IMG/VR virus record: IMGVR_UViG_3300017721_000089
Location: 1 to 33,697 of that record
DNA from: a virus
Lineage: Duplodnaviria > Caudoviricetes
Length of the DNA stretch: 33,697 nucleotides
Reading direction: 5' to 3' (one strand)
Below the pieces are notes generated by a model that searched no databases, was not told where the DNA came from, and saw only the letters and a list, made by a program, of their open reading frames with translations. Shown here in pieces: positions 1-9,314 of this stretch (its first letter is position 1; each line of letters begins with the position of its first letter). A program made the translations under genes and the position numbers.

Positions 1-219
1 CTCTTTGTTCGGATCAAACCTTTTAAAGATTGGTGTACAGATCAGCAAATAAACTACGCCTCTCTTGTGGATGATCTCAAAGAGAAAAAGAATGCAAAGC
101 GTGTTAAGAAGCGTCTGACAAAAGGCACTGACTTCAACATGCCTGCACAAGATGTATTGCAAATGAAATTTGAGGGGTTTGACGAGGCCATCGATGGATC
201 AGAAAGTAATGAAACTTGA
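1..219 (+). CDS. 5'-truncated CDS, C-terminus of a probable replication protein (resembles C-termini of phage DUF927/primase-helicase-type proteins)
   Basis: Frame 1 is open from base 1 to TGA at 217-219: LFVRIKPFKDWCTDQQINYASLVDDLKEKKNAKRVKKRLTKGTDFNMPAQDVLQMKFEGFDEAIDGSESNET. Not in the ORF track. The family call is from recalled resemblance only. Confidence 0.6.
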   Translation, partial: LFVRIKPFKDWCTDQQINYASLVDDLKEKKNAKRVKKRLTKGTDFNMPAQDVLQMKFEGFDEAIDGSESNET

Positions 220-421
220 TGACCTGAACCCTGACGGGCTTCGGGTCACAATAAATTGGGAAGGTATGGACATTGGTTCGTCTTTCTTTCTCCCCTGCAT
301 AAACACCGATAAAGGCATGAAACAGTTAAAAAGTGTTGCAAAAATGAAAGCATGGGAGTTTGACATGCAAATATGCATAGAAAATAATAAACTGGGTTTA
401 CGTGTGTGGAGAACTGTGTGA
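194..421 (+). CDS. Small phage hypothetical protein (~75 aa)
   Basis: ORF 170..421. The more likely start is the in-frame ATG at 194, downstream of GAGG and overlapping the end of the upstream gene. Globular-looking sequence (INWEGMDIGSSFFLPCINT...GLRVWRTV). Confidence 0.75.
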   Translation: MDQKVMKLDDLNPDGLRVTINWEGMDIGSSFFLPCINTDKGMKQLKSVAKMKAWEFDMQICIENNKLGLRVWRTV

Positions 422-427
422 TATACT
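419..427 (+). promoter_or_regulatory. Putative extended -10 promoter element (TG-A-TATACT)
   Basis: TGATATACT matches TGnTATAAT with one mismatch. A weak -35-like TTTACG lies at 397-402. Confidence 0.35.
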
Positions 428-433
428 ATACCT

Positions 434-500
434 GACAACGTCCTCCAGATGTTGTTCTCCGTTGTTATACTGACCCCTACATCTTGTGGGGGTCTTTTTT
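434..500 (+). ncRNA. Candidate ~65-nt small RNA (or structured 3' UTR)
   Basis: Lies between a promoter-like element and an intrinsic terminator. Hairpin 434-442/448-456 has loop CUCCA, and a second CUCC motif is at 457-460. Confidence 0.3.
472..500 (+). terminator. Rho-independent terminator at the convergence of the two gene blocks
   Basis: Stem GACCCCTACA (472-481) / TGTGGGGGTC (485-494) with one G-U pair, loop TCT, followed by TTTTTT (495-500). Confidence 0.85.
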
Positions 501-3500
501 AATCTAAGTCGTATTCTTCTAAGCTTTCTAACATACCGTCGGTAAAGACCAACCCACCACGCATGTTTTTAGAAGTTTGTAAGAACGATTTATACGATCT
601 GCTTTTTGTTTCTGCGGTTATTAACTCATCTTTTATAAATGCTCTTGGCACGGATGCATTAAACTCAGCAATTAGCTCATCTACTTTTTGCACTTCTTCA
701 TAGTCACCCTCACGCATCGCCATGTTGCGTCTGCGTAAAAGTTTTGTGCGTTTACTATCTAACGATGTTTGTTTACGTCTCTCGTTTTTATTTATCTCAA
801 GTTGTTGTATGTAGGATTGTGGTGCAAACCCTGCAAGCTGCATTGCCACATTGTACGGGTTGATGTCTTCGGTAATTGCATCTCCACGTCTAGTCGTTGC
901 CCCCTCAGTTGCAAACCTAAAAGACTTCATACCGTTGCGAACAGCCGCAGGGACCATAGATTCTACGCCTCTGTACCACTCACCCTCATAAACATCACCC
1001 ATACCACGCTCAATACTTAACCCTACACCAATTACTGGGCCTCCAAGTTGTTCTATCAACGTCCACAGATTACTCTGATCTTTATCTATGATCGGTGCAC
1101 GATACAGCAGGCTGTTCATTGAGATCCGATTAGCTAGATCTACGCCCAACATTTCATTAGCAAGCCCACCATAAATACCTTCTCCTACGAACTTACGTGT
1201 AGCTGCTTCGAAGTCATCTTCATTATCATCTGCAAACATGTTGTAGAGTACACCTATTGCACCCATCATCGGCATACCACCAAGCCCTGCAAATATGCCT
1301 GTAGAGATAAGAAAGTTACGCCCTGCCGCACGTGCAACTTTTCTGTCATTAGCTATAGCTTGCGCTTCTTCACGAGAAACGTTCATATCAGTCATTATTC
1401 TATCTATGCTAGTTGTGCCTGCCGACTCTTTGGCTAGTTTTGCCATCATATAGTATTTACTTATTGCGAATCTTTTAAAGAGAAACAGCACGTTACCAAC
1501 ACCATTTTGCGCTACGATTGGACGACCTGCGGAAGCAGTTGCACCGAGAGTAAATTCTGTAGTATCTATGGCTTCTTGAGCCGCGTTACGGTAGTCAGCT
1601 TCAGTAAGATCACCTTTTTCTCGTCTAAGTTTTTGTACTTCTAGTAGGTATGAAGCTATTAAAGTAACCTCACGATTAAATCTTTCTGAGTGATGAAACA
1701 TAAAACTAGAAAACTTATTAAAAGTTTCTAACGGTGCGCCTCTACCCATCTCCAGATTCTCTTGCGTCATGGACTGATTAAATTGTCCTTGATCTGTACC
1801 CATTGTAAGTATTATGTCGCCACGATTATTTTGTAGGATAGAAGGTAAATTATTTAAATCATAGTTAGCGCCTGATTTACCAAACGCTCCCATGTTTATT
1901 TCTTGCTGAACAGGTTGTCCGTCAGGTCCAGTTACCATAACGGTTCTTGTTTTAGGCGCACCCATAAATAATTTAGAAGCGTCTTTAAACGCTTTAGAAG
2001 TGGCGCGAACACCGTGTTTTCCTGCAAGCACGGGCATGGCACTCATGGCTACATCGAAGAATGTTATAGCTGCGGAAGAAAAGTTAAGTCCCATAGTATA
2101 GCCAAATCCAAGACTATTAACTATTTGAGAAGCACGATTTATGTCTGGGCTTTGTGCAAACGTAGCCATTTGTGAGAGTTTACCCGCCATCATAGATGTG
2201 CGCGGGTCTTGATCGTACTTACCATCCGTTAATTTTTTCTTGAATCCAACAAGCTCTGCGCTTGCTTTCATTTGCACAAGCTGTCTGTTTAGGTCACGAC
2301 CTTTTTCTTTCATCATCGTGTAGGCGTCAAACTCCGTGCCACCTATACCAGTCGGTGTAGTATCTCCGATAAACCCGCGTACATTTCCACGTTTACGGAA
2401 GCCTTGCAAAAAAGAACGTTCTGGCATGGCATCTAATACAAGATCTATTACTTCACTCATTGCTTCAGGAGATACATTTTCTTTATTTAACGTGTCGAAA
2501 AGATCACCTATAAATCCAGGTGAAGGGTTGTTCTCATACTCAAATCGTTTTGAAGCCGAAGTTATAGACAGATCACTAGCTCCTGCGTTCTCCGCTGCCT
2601 GCAATGCTTGTGTCGCTTTACGCTCTGTAGGATAGTATTCTACAAAACGCTCTCCTGTTTGGTTAGGATTTGAATTTTGCGGATCGGGAGCAGTGTAAGA
2701 TAATCGGTATGCCCCTTTACGCATCAAAGGGAAGTATGGTGTGATGGTGCCGCTTTGCTTTTGCATCATCTCCTGTATCTTAGCCATCGCCGACTTGCGT
2801 TGCTCTAGGTTAGGGATTGTAGCTTTTAAACGTATGTCTAACGCTTCCATTATCTCTTTGTATGTATCCTGAAAGTAATTACGCATCTGGCGGTAAAACG
2901 CCTGCCCTTCAGGTTTTAACTTGTTATATTCTGCCCTTAGTTGATCGTATTCGGCAGAGCGCTCTTTGTCGTCACGTATTTTCTTCATGTACTCTGCATC
3001 AGTGCGAGACGGATCTACCTGTAAATAGGTGCTACGTGGTATAAGATTGTTTAGTATCTTGGCTTTATCTTTATTTTTACGTTGCCATTTGTGGAGATTG
3101 TAAAGAATAGAGTCCAACATCTCTGTCTTTTTTCTTAACGACCCACTCATTGTGTTTATTATGGTGTTGAGTTCCCTAGCAAACGGGATGAACTTCTTAG
3201 CTTTAGCTGTCAAGATGTTTACAGGTAAGGTGTTTAAGTACCAACTCCGCAGCGTTCGTGACGCTCCTTCGTTAAATATAACATCTGCGCTATCTGCAAC
3301 TGAAGTACGAATACCCTCTGGCACAACGCTTGCTGCGCCTCTGGCTAAGTTCTTCGCTCCCGTCTTTGAGCCTGCTAACATCAGCATGGGTGCTGCTGCA
3401 CGTGTGGCAGGAGATGGAGAAAGCATACCGTCTATGATGCGATTAACCTCAGATAAAGCAGTAGGGGAGGGAGACAAACCCAATATCCTACGGACGATAC

Positions 3501-6500
3501 GTTTTATTGCACCTGTAAACTTCTCCCAACCTGTCAGCCTACCCCCATCTACCTTTGTAAGAGCTAGTGCGCTTTGAAACTCTGGATTGCTAAACGCTTC
3601 GGCAACAAACTCATCTAGGTTTGCCGTACCATATGTCTCACCGAATTGCTCTCGCACGTTGTCAAATATTGTTTGTAGCTGTTTAGTCTCAGGTAGTGAG
3701 GGGTTAGCTATCGATGCCGAGGTAGCTGCGTGGGTCATCTCATGCAGTATAGTATGCACGTTCATCCCGTTGGTAGCATCGATAAAGATCGTATTTGTTT
3801 CAGGCTCAAACATCCCTGCACTGTTGCGCCCTGTTGTCTGTGATAGATTATCAACCACTCGCACTTGCGTATCGCCTACAACAGCCCCTAGTTTAGCTGC
3901 AATCTCACGAATACTGTCTACTTGACTGGTTGTAGCTACGGCGTCTAACGCTCCACGTAAGTTGCCGTTCATAAGTGCGTTGCGTACACTAGGTAGTAGT
4001 GCAATATCTAGCCCATGCACTGCATCTGCATCTAGGTACAGACCTAGCTGATAAGAGTAATTATAACCATCACGATACTCTTGTATCTGTGCAGGGGTCA
4101 TCGTATCTATTTCAGCTTGTGTAAAGTTTAGTCCTTGTGGGTCACGTAAGTAGTTTTTAAACGCAACTTCCAAATCAGGAATAATCTGTCTCTGCTCTGG
4201 CATTGCTTCGATCTGAGCAGGTATGCTTGCTACAAGATTGTTTTGTTTTACAATCTCATCCACTTGCCGTTTGTATGCTAGATTCTGAGCATCACGAAAG
4301 TTCTTTGCTTCTTTCTTAGCTGCGCGACCTGCTTCGATCTCTTTGTCAGAGGGGTTAAACTTAGAGGTATCTTTACGTGTTCGCTGTGCGGCAAGGGCTA
4401 TACGACTACTAGCTTCTTCTGACAGGTTAAGCTGCGCCCACTTACGTGCGGCAAGAGCTTTGCTTTTTGTCATCCCTCTGTAGAAGTCAAACTCATCTGC
4501 ATTGTAGTTCTTTCTAACGTATTGAGTAGGACCAACGACTTCCATACCGCCTATTTCTTCTAGAGCATCTATAGGACGGCGAAACCTATCAAAAAATATT
4601 TTGGCGGCTTTAGCTTCTTCTGTTAGTTGATTTTTCTGAATAGAAAACAGGTTTAAAATAGCTTGTTTATCATCTGCGTTGGTAGGGTCAGATTCTTGAC
4701 TCTCTAATTGCTGCTCTTCGTAGTACTGACGTGCAACGGCAGTAGCTTTACCTTCCTTATTGTTAGCAGGTTCTAAAACAAAACGATCATTTAGAGCTTG
4801 CTGCGCTGCAACATTTAGTTCTTGCTGCGCTTGCACATCTACTTCAGGTGCAGCTTCTTGTACTGATGCTTCTGTCCTAGGTACAGGCGGAATGCCTTCA
4901 GGTATTGGCCCTAACTGTGCGTCGGCTGCTGTTTCTTGTCCTAGTGGTAAAGCTGTACGTCTTAGTGTATCGGGCTGTTCTCTTGTTGCCACAACAGGTG
5001 GCACAGTAGTTGGCATATCTGTTCCCACTGATTCTGACTCAGATGATACAGGCTTGATGGGACTCTCAACTCTACTTCCATCCCCTCCTTCTCCATCCAC
5101 GCTAGGTTTACTATCTGAAACGCTTGTTCCAACTGCTCCTGACTCAGGTCTAATGAATTGCTTATTGGCTTCGTCATACTTAAAACCTCGTCCTTCCATC
5201 GAAGCTATCACAGCATTTGATTCAGCTCCACGATTACCTACATAGTTAGCAAGCCGTTTTACCACAGCAGGGTCATCAAGAGATTTGCCACTTAGATTAC
5301 CTTCTGTTGCGGCTTTTAAAAGTGGCGCTGCGGGTCGTGTAACGCCGAGCACGTTCTTTACATAATCAGATGTAAATGCTTCCTTAGTTGTTTCTGGCGC
5401 TGCCATTTTTTTCCGCAACGCTGCTATGGCTGCTTCAGGCGTAGTATTTTTAGTAATTTCAATACCGTTTTCAGCAAATATTCTTCTAGTATTGTTATTG
5501 AACGCGGGAAGAACTGATGCAGTTGCATCTAATTTTTCTATAAGATCTTTTGCTTCTGGTGTTACACCTTTTTTACCTACTTCAATCTTCTGACCAGTCT
5601 GCTCGCTCTCGATTGCAGCGGTGCCGCTTTCTTGTGATTCAGCTATGGAAGGAAACAAGGACTTTGTTTTATTTACAGCTTTTTCTTTGAGCTTCTCGTT
5701 TTTTCTACCTTGTGTCTTTACAGCGTTTGTTTGATCTGCAACAAAAGCAGAGCTTTCTGTAGCCGCTGCCACTGCCGTCGCCGCCGTCGCCGCTGTGCGT
5801 TCTGCGTCTGTTTGTTGTGCTTTACCTTTCGGTGATGTTGGGTCTACCGTATTTTCAACTTCTTTTTGTTGAGCAGGCGTTACTTCAGGTGTTACAGGAG
5901 GAGTTGTTTGTGTGTCTTGTCCAACCTGCCCCACCGCCCCGGTAGCAGTACCCCCTGTTTCGGTGGTTTCGGTGATTTCTGGGTCACGCTCGCCCACGGC
6001 ACCAAGGGTAGCTCGTGTGCCACCACCGATAAGACCGCCTGCAATAGCTGCTTCACGGTACTCTGCAATGGCATCTTCGCTGTCAATCGGTAGCCCTGCC
6101 TGTGCTCGTTCCATCATCTGTTGACCAACTTCGGTCAAGCCTTCAGTTGTAGCACCGCTACCTGCACGAGTAGCTGCGCGGGTAAAAATAGATTTTCCTA
6201 AAGAACGGAATACACCACCTAACAACACCTTGTCAGCAATACCTTCAAGAGCAGCTTGACCGAATGTAGCTACAAGAGCATCGCTAACATCGACTGACGC
6301 TTTTTTACCTGCGGCTACCTCGTCTTCTTGACGTTGGATGTTGTTACCAAACAAAATCGGCGCGGTTGCAACTGCTGCGGCACCTGCACCTACGGCAAAA
6401 GAACCAAGCGCGGTTGCGGTTGCGGCGGCAGGGGCTACGATAGGGGCGGCTATGGCTGCACCTAAACCAAGACCAAGCTGTGGTATTTGTTCACCAGCAA

Positions 6501-6912
6501 TTTCTCCTGCGTATGTCAACCCTGACATAATACCTTCTACATCTGTAGACTGCATGCGTTCTGGCTGCTCAAGCATTAACTCGCCTAGCTCTTGTTGAGC
6601 GCGTCCCTCTAGTCCTTGTCCATATTCTGCAAGGAACTCAAGTCCAGATTTCTCACCGATAGTGCCGAGTGTCTCGCCAAATGCTTGTTTGATTTGTTTT
6701 TTACCACGAGCAAAACCACGACCTATCGCTGTGCCGTCATCAGGTTCTTCATACTCTCCAAAAGTTCCTTCATACTCAGTAGCAAAACTAGCCCTATCCT
6801 GGCTAAGAACTTCTCTTATCTTAGCAAATTCAGTGTTTGAAGGCGCGTCTCCAGCAATAGTGAAGTTGTATCCCTGCCCTGTTTGTGAGTCGATATACTG
6901 ATAAACACCCAT
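499..6912 (-). CDS. Giant internal virion/ejection protein of the large polyvalent type (zincin-like metallopeptidase motif, PLxRFG-like motif)
   Basis: 2137 aa. Gly/Ala-rich hydrophobic N-terminal segments. TILHEMTHA...NLDEFVAEAFSNPEFQ (HExxH at 3730-3744). YFPLMRKGAY (~2708-2740). Helical C-terminal part with a hydrophobic stretch (FLISTGIFAGLGGMPMMGAIGVLY). Last gene of the virion operon. Confidence 0.8.
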   Translation of the reverse strand: MGVYQYIDSQTGQGYNFTIAGDAPSNTEFAKIREVLSQDRASFATEYEGTFGEYEEPDDGTAIGRGFARGKKQIKQAFGETLGTIGEKSGLEFLAEYGQGLEGRAQQELGELMLEQPERMQSTDVEGIMSGLTYAGEIAGEQIPQLGLGLGAAIAAPIVAPAAATATALGSFAVGAGAAAVATAPILFGNNIQRQEDEVAAGKKASVDVSDALVATFGQAALEGIADKVLLGGVFRSLGKSIFTRAATRAGSGATTEGLTEVGQQMMERAQAGLPIDSEDAIAEYREAAIAGGLIGGGTRATLGAVGERDPEITETTETGGTATGAVGQVGQDTQTTPPVTPEVTPAQQKEVENTVDPTSPKGKAQQTDAERTAATAATAVAAATESSAFVADQTNAVKTQGRKNEKLKEKAVNKTKSLFPSIAESQESGTAAIESEQTGQKIEVGKKGVTPEAKDLIEKLDATASVLPAFNNNTRRIFAENGIEITKNTTPEAAIAALRKKMAAPETTKEAFTSDYVKNVLGVTRPAAPLLKAATEGNLSGKSLDDPAVVKRLANYVGNRGAESNAVIASMEGRGFKYDEANKQFIRPESGAVGTSVSDSKPSVDGEGGDGSRVESPIKPVSSESESVGTDMPTTVPPVVATREQPDTLRRTALPLGQETAADAQLGPIPEGIPPVPRTEASVQEAAPEVDVQAQQELNVAAQQALNDRFVLEPANNKEGKATAVARQYYEEQQLESQESDPTNADDKQAILNLFSIQKNQLTEEAKAAKIFFDRFRRPIDALEEIGGMEVVGPTQYVRKNYNADEFDFYRGMTKSKALAARKWAQLNLSEEASSRIALAAQRTRKDTSKFNPSDKEIEAGRAAKKEAKNFRDAQNLAYKRQVDEIVKQNNLVASIPAQIEAMPEQRQIIPDLEVAFKNYLRDPQGLNFTQAEIDTMTPAQIQEYRDGYNYSYQLGLYLDADAVHGLDIALLPSVRNALMNGNLRGALDAVATTSQVDSIREIAAKLGAVVGDTQVRVVDNLSQTTGRNSAGMFEPETNTIFIDATNGMNVHTILHEMTHAATSASIANPSLPETKQLQTIFDNVREQFGETYGTANLDEFVAEAFSNPEFQSALALTKVDGGRLTGWEKFTGAIKRIVRRILGLSPSPTALSEVNRIIDGMLSPSPATRAAAPMLMLAGSKTGAKNLARGAASVVPEGIRTSVADSADVIFNEGASRTLRSWYLNTLPVNILTAKAKKFIPFARELNTIINTMSGSLRKKTEMLDSILYNLHKWQRKNKDKAKILNNLIPRSTYLQVDPSRTDAEYMKKIRDDKERSAEYDQLRAEYNKLKPEGQAFYRQMRNYFQDTYKEIMEALDIRLKATIPNLEQRKSAMAKIQEMMQKQSGTITPYFPLMRKGAYRLSYTAPDPQNSNPNQTGERFVEYYPTERKATQALQAAENAGASDLSITSASKRFEYENNPSPGFIGDLFDTLNKENVSPEAMSEVIDLVLDAMPERSFLQGFRKRGNVRGFIGDTTPTGIGGTEFDAYTMMKEKGRDLNRQLVQMKASAELVGFKKKLTDGKYDQDPRTSMMAGKLSQMATFAQSPDINRASQIVNSLGFGYTMGLNFSSAAITFFDVAMSAMPVLAGKHGVRATSKAFKDASKLFMGAPKTRTVMVTGPDGQPVQQEINMGAFGKSGANYDLNNLPSILQNNRGDIILTMGTDQGQFNQSMTQENLEMGRGAPLETFNKFSSFMFHHSERFNREVTLIASYLLEVQKLRREKGDLTEADYRNAAQEAIDTTEFTLGATASAGRPIVAQNGVGNVLFLFKRFAISKYYMMAKLAKESAGTTSIDRIMTDMNVSREEAQAIANDRKVARAAGRNFLISTGIFAGLGGMPMMGAIGVLYNMFADDNEDDFEAATRKFVGEGIYGGLANEMLGVDLANRISMNSLLYRAPIIDKDQSNLWTLIEQLGGPVIGVGLSIERGMGDVYEGEWYRGVESMVPAAVRNGMKSFRFATEGATTRRGDAITEDINPYNVAMQLAGFAPQSYIQQLEINKNERRKQTSLDSKRTKLLRRRNMAMREGDYEEVQKVDELIAEFNASVPRAFIKDELITAETKSRSYKSFLQTSKNMRGGLVFTDGMLESLEEYDLD
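4962..5177 (-). CDS. Putative overprinted small protein (71 aa) in the +1 frame of the giant gene
   Basis: ATG preceded by AAGGACGAGGT (GAGGT 7 nt upstream). The product is helical-looking, while the host frame here is a Ser/Pro/Gly/Thr-rich linker. Confidence 0.55.
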   Translation of the reverse strand: MTKPISNSLDLSQEQLEQAFQIVNLAWMEKEGMEVELRVPSSLYHLSQNQWEQICQLLCHLLWQQENSPIH

Positions 6913-6923
6913 TTATACACGCC

Positions 6924-9314
6924 TTACGATGTTACATTGATGTCTTTAAATCCACCTGCGTTATCTGCACTAGCAGGATTAACATTAAAAGAAGCATCGA
7001 ATACTCGTTTTAATTCATCATAACGTGTTGCGGCTGCATCAAAAACTTTCTTTGCTGCTAGTTTAGCAGGGCCAGGTTTTGCTTGCATGTACTTCTCTTC
7101 TGCATCTGTCAGTTCAGTGTATGCGCTTGAAAGTGCAGTGGCAGGTATATTTTTACCCGCACGTTGTGATCTAATATTTGCAATGTCTAGTTGTGTCTGT
7201 AGCTTGAGCATGTCAGCGTCAAAAGCTTGCTTACCCTTCTTAGATGCACTCAAGGCTTTTAGCCCTGCCTGTCCACCTTCGCCGACTGCTCCTAACAACG
7301 TAGGAGATTTAGAACTCATTATCTGGAACCCTGCTTGTGCGAGTGCCATCCACTTATCTGATTCAGATTGCTTCTGACGTTCTGACAACATCTTAGCAAT
7401 GCGAGAATCTGTTGAGCCAAATCCTTCAGGGTTAGGGTCTGTTACTGGCTTAATGTTATTGATGTCATCATTTGTGGTTACCTTTGGTGCAGGAGTGGTA
7501 GGATCACCAATATTTGGGTTTTCCATTTCTAAGTTAGGAAAAAAACCAGAAACATCAGTGCTAATTCCTGGAACAACTTCAGTAGCCCCACCACGTAAAG
7601 CTGCTATACGTGCCTCTCGTTCTGCTTCTGACTCAATAGCAACCTCATTTCCTGATTCTCTAGCCGCTACAGCATCTTGTGAGGCTTTTATATTTGCGGC
7701 TGCTAACCGTGGATCAACTCCTGCTAATACTTGTTCATTAAAAGTTTGGGATATAGAAGAACCTACATTTTGTAACGCGCTTGGTATATTACGAAGAACT
7801 TCTCCTGCGTCTTCTGAAAACTCCATAGTATCTATACGGCGCATCAATACATCTTTACGTTTTGCTAATGCATTTGCAAGTATTTTATCATTTGCCTGTT
7901 CCGCATCAAGAATTTGTTGGTTTATATCAGCAATTTGACCTTCTAAAACTTCTCTTTTATTTGGCACTTCGCCTACCTCTAACAACGGCTCTGGCTTTAG
8001 GGTACTATCATAAAAACTTTTACCTGCTGCTGCTGCCGCACGACCAAGATACGGTACTACATCTCCCATAAAGGTAGGTTTGTCTGTTTCAGCTTCCGCT
8101 AATGCTCTTTGCTCTGCATCGTTAGAAACAGACGATAGGTAAGGTATAGGATTAAACCCACCCGATTCATCCCCAAAACCTGCATTTCGTTTTTGAAGAA
8201 ACTCTTGTGTAGCTGTGCCTATGCCTTCAGGGTAGAGTGTATTTGCTATACGCTCTTCGTCCATAGAAGATACTGATGGAAGTGTACCTGAATCGGTTGG
8301 TGATTTTAATTCTGGACTATCATCTAAGAAGGGAGAATATACTCTTGGATCTGATGTTGGCCCTCTTTCATTCATATAGTTTATGTAATTAATAAACATT
8401 TCTTGGGCTTCAGGCACGTCGTTTAGTCCATTTTCCTCTAAGAATGTTTCGTATGTGTACGCGGGGTTTGATCCAAGACCTGTTTTCGGTCTTAACGGAT
8501 CTTCGGGTTCTGCGTATGGATCTTCTAATTCTGGCGCTTGCGCTGTATCAAGAGCCAATGTGCTGTATATATCTTCTGATTCTTCGTATGGGTTTTCTAG
8601 TTCTGGTATGAATGATTCTATATTTTTAGACACGCTTCCGATACCTTCGCCGCCTAGATAAGTGCTTTGTGAAGGATCACGATAAGATTTGTTACCGAAG
8701 ATACCTTGATCTTCCATTTCTCTAAGTCGTCGTTCACTAAAACTATCTCCCACTCCAAGCGGCAGTTGTCCTATAGATTTTTTTTCAAAAGGTAAAAGCA
8801 TAGACTCTGCTTGACGAACAGCGTCTACGCCAAAATTAGCAATAAGCGCCTCTTTATCAGCGCCGCTTTGTAACATGGCTGCAATTTGATTTAAATCAAC
8901 ATTACCGATAAGTGGGTTTATTGCGGGATATTGTGTCATGGGGTTTAGGCCACCATTAGCCATCCTAACAATACCACCTTCTGCCATCATTTGTGGTTGA
9001 GGTGCACGTGTAGCAGGAATTGGCGTGGCTGTATCCATACCCGTATTCTGAGCCATGTTTGTATTCGGTGCCATTGCTCGTGCTGCGCCCATAATACCTT
9101 CTTGTGGCATACCTGCGGCTGTGACAACTTCTTCTGCTACGGTAGGCATGTCGGCGTTTTGTTGACGTTGAAAGTCATCCCGCATGCGTTTACGGCGTTT
9201 TAGCTCACTCAAGACAAGAAACTGAGGTGCGTTACCTGACGGCATCTGCATCTCTTTCATCAACGCGCTGTCTGGCAAATCTTTAAGACTGTCCTGAAGT
9301 TTTAGAATGTTCAT
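6924..9314 (-). CDS. Putative internal virion/ejection protein
   Basis: 796 aa, acidic and partly low-complexity. MAEGGIVRMANGG motif. C-terminal WMALAQAGFQIMSSKSPTLLGAVGEGGQAG amphipathic segment. Position within the ejection-protein cluster. Confidence 0.7.
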   Translation of the reverse strand: MNILKLQDSLKDLPDSALMKEMQMPSGNAPQFLVLSELKRRKRMRDDFQRQQNADMPTVAEEVVTAAGMPQEGIMGAARAMAPNTNMAQNTGMDTATPIPATRAPQPQMMAEGGIVRMANGGLNPMTQYPAINPLIGNVDLNQIAAMLQSGADKEALIANFGVDAVRQAESMLLPFEKKSIGQLPLGVGDSFSERRLREMEDQGIFGNKSYRDPSQSTYLGGEGIGSVSKNIESFIPELENPYEESEDIYSTLALDTAQAPELEDPYAEPEDPLRPKTGLGSNPAYTYETFLEENGLNDVPEAQEMFINYINYMNERGPTSDPRVYSPFLDDSPELKSPTDSGTLPSVSSMDEERIANTLYPEGIGTATQEFLQKRNAGFGDESGGFNPIPYLSSVSNDAEQRALAEAETDKPTFMGDVVPYLGRAAAAAGKSFYDSTLKPEPLLEVGEVPNKREVLEGQIADINQQILDAEQANDKILANALAKRKDVLMRRIDTMEFSEDAGEVLRNIPSALQNVGSSISQTFNEQVLAGVDPRLAAANIKASQDAVAARESGNEVAIESEAEREARIAALRGGATEVVPGISTDVSGFFPNLEMENPNIGDPTTPAPKVTTNDDINNIKPVTDPNPEGFGSTDSRIAKMLSERQKQSESDKWMALAQAGFQIMSSKSPTLLGAVGEGGQAGLKALSASKKGKQAFDADMLKLQTQLDIANIRSQRAGKNIPATALSSAYTELTDAEEKYMQAKPGPAKLAAKKVFDAAATRYDELKRVFDASFNVNPASADNAGGFKDINVTS

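Noticed and set aside
199-438. 79-aa minus-strand ORF with GGAGG upstream
   Set aside because: TTG start only 3 nt from the GGAGG. It is antisense to a more plausible gene and lies beyond the terminator hairpin.
5762-5980. Short GC-rich microrepeats (GCCGTCGCC x2; TTTCGGTG x2)
   Set aside because: They simply encode low-complexity AATAATA and ETTETT linker peptides.
5892-6086. Nested same-strand 64-aa ORF, plus similar ones at 9979, 17315, 26229, 28008 and 33184
   Set aside because: Unlike 4962..5177, I found no convincing SD plus ATG combination or protein-like pattern, and most overlap structured host regions.
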